From Azolla caroliniana (taxonomy: Eukaryota; Plantae; Polypodiophyta), in contig JBHGNT010000003.1 in assembly GCA_043228905.1 (NCBI GenBank), forward strand, positions 682,001 to 746,000: a stretch of DNA of 64,000 nucleotides, read 5' to 3'. Under the pieces are notes generated by a model. That model did no database searches, was not told where the DNA came from, and saw only the letters and a list, made by a program, of their open reading frames with translations. The position numbers and the translations under genes are program-made. The first letter of the stretch is position 1; each line of letters starts with the position of its first letter. Shown here piece after piece: positions 61,958-64,000 of the stretch.

Positions 61958-64000
61958 ACGTGCAACAACTTGAAGCAACCATTGTAGCATTGCAACAACA
62001 AGGACCAAGTACGCAAGGGATTCATAAAGAACCCAAGATCGACCTTCCTATGAAATTTGATGGAACGCAATCACAATTTAGAGGATTCCTTAATAAGGTA
62101 CTATTAGTCATTCAAATGCATCCTTCTCGATATCCCACCGATGCATCACAAGTGGGTCTAGTAGGCATGTTGCTAAGTGACTCAGCTTTGGCATGGTTCG
62201 CTCTGTTGTTAGAAAAGGAATCTCCATTACTAAATAATTTTGAGGAGTTTATAAGCGAGTTTAAAGCTTGTTTTGGAGATACTGATAGGATAGCATAAGG
62301 ACGACAATCAACAAAATCCGACGATTACATCAAGGTAATCACCCAACCTCCGCATACGTTATAGATTTCTGTCTACTTGCCTCCGATATCCCCTGGGATG
62401 ATCAAGCATTAATGGAACAATTTCGATACGGCCGACGAAATTATGTCAAAGACCTACTCCTGACTTTCCCTGAAGAACCAAAATCGCTCACAGAGGCAAT
62501 CAATTGAGCGGTAAGATGCAATAATCGGCTTTTCGAGTGACATTCAGAATGCCAATTACAAATGCCAAGGACCAGGTTGGAGCCCACATACACCTCGGTC
62601 GCAACAAAACCATTTGCAAGGGAGTCATACAATGCATCTCTGGCAAATACTCCAATAGAAATTTTTGATACTTCTAATAGTACTAATAGCCCAAATCTAT
62701 TAAACAAATTTGAAGTCCTTAGTCAATTAGAAGAAGAGTTAAACGACTAAGTTCATCCAAAATTGGAGCCGTTTGGTTGGACAACCCTAGATCTATGCAA
62801 CCCATTAGTGGTTCCATTCCCTCTAAGCAAGTTAACAATGTGTTCTTAGCTCAAGTAATGGTTAATACTAAAAGTACTCCTCCAATACATGACTTGGCAC
62901 TCTTAGATTCCGGTGCCAACTCTTGCTTCATGGATAGGAATTTTGCCTAAGCTCATCAGATATCCCTAAGAAAACTTTCTTGCCCAACATTTGTAGTAGT
63001 TATTGATGGTCGTCCCATTGCTTCCGAAAATATCGTAGAAGAGTCAGAGCCGATTCAGGGTGTCCTAGATAATTTGGTGTGTGTAGTATCATTTAATATA
63101 ATTAATAATCCAGATCATCCAATTGTCTTGGGGTTACCATGGTTCGAATTACATAACCTAGACATAGATTGGAGAACAAGAGAAATCCGGTATCGACAAA
63201 CCCAAGAACCTACTCATAGGATTGCAACCATTTTGCTACATCAATTGCGTGAGGAAGGATGCAAGGAAGCAATGTTTGTCTTCGTAGTATCAGTAAAAAC
63301 TTCCAACACTACTAAAGAGTAATCCACAGTTCAGCTTCCAAAGAAGTATCGTCATTATGCTGACGTGTTCGATAAGGTACAAGCCAGTACACGCTTCCTC
63401 ACCACCAACCGTATGATTGTCCCATTGATTTACAATCAGGAAAAGAACCACCATGGGGACCAATCTACAACTTGTCACCAACCGAGCTAGAAGTCCTTTG
63501 AGCCTACATAGAGGAGAATTTGGCAAACGGTTCCTTTCGACATTCGAAATCTCCAGCCGGCGCACCCATTTTCTTTGTCAAGCAAAAGGATGGATCACTT
63601 TGTCTCGTTGTAAATTATCGTGGCTTGAATAAGGTCATTATTAGGAATAAGTATGCACTTCCCCTTATCTCGATTCTTTTAGAACAGATCAATGGTGCAA
63701 AATTCTTCACAAAGATCGACTTACGAGGAGCATATAACCTCATACGGATTCGACCAGGAGATGAATGGAAGACCGCATTTCGCACCAGATATGGGCACTT
63801 CGAGTATACGGTTATGCCATTCGGTCTCACTAATGTGCCATTAGTCTTCCAACACATGGCAAATGATATATTCTGAGATCTCTTGGATATTTGTTTGATC
63901 ATCTATTTGGATGATCTACTGGTTTATTCGAAGACTCAAGAAGAACATGATTCTCATGTAGTATTAGTACTAAAACGACTTTGAGAACATGGTCTTTATG
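61958..64000 (+). pseudogene. gag-pol: Old Tcn1-like gag-pol continuation (gag from codon ~58, PR, RT), heavily decayed
   Basis: Colinear with ~47117-49350: [31 protein letters not shown] and YLDDL. Confidence 0.92.

Overview
No host gene is recognisable. The window is a dense nest of plant-type retrotransposons; the lineages suggest a non-seed land plant (moss, lycophyte or fern), which is inference. Layout: (1) 1-7347 is a truncated non-chromoviral Ty3/gypsy ('Y': gag tail, integrase, extra 3' ORF) carrying a gag-only tRNA-Trp-primed element ('W'). This Y+W composite recurs inverted at ~23546-32820. (2) 7348-14617 holds AT-rich repeats, LINE remnants and a solo LTR. (3) An old Tcn1-like chromovirus starts at 14618 and apparently resumes at 61958, after ~45.6 kb of nested insertions. 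These are an apparently intact young chromovirus (16492-23540), a decayed Ty1/copia (32821-38190), a non-coding TRIM/LARD (38191-40830), a second gypsy with an extra ORF ('Z', 40831-55682), a young Tcn1-like element (46449-52076) and a Trp-primed gypsy ('X', 55683-61957). The most notable signal is the cis-architecture shared by both Tcn1-like copies: an antisense tRNA-type A/B-box at the LTR 5' end, a 9-pentamer heat-shock-element array before the TATA box, a tRNA-independent self-priming site with a compensatory base change, and a GUUAAAC plus stem-loop -1 frameshift cassette between gag and pol. All calls come from manual reading; no database searches were run.
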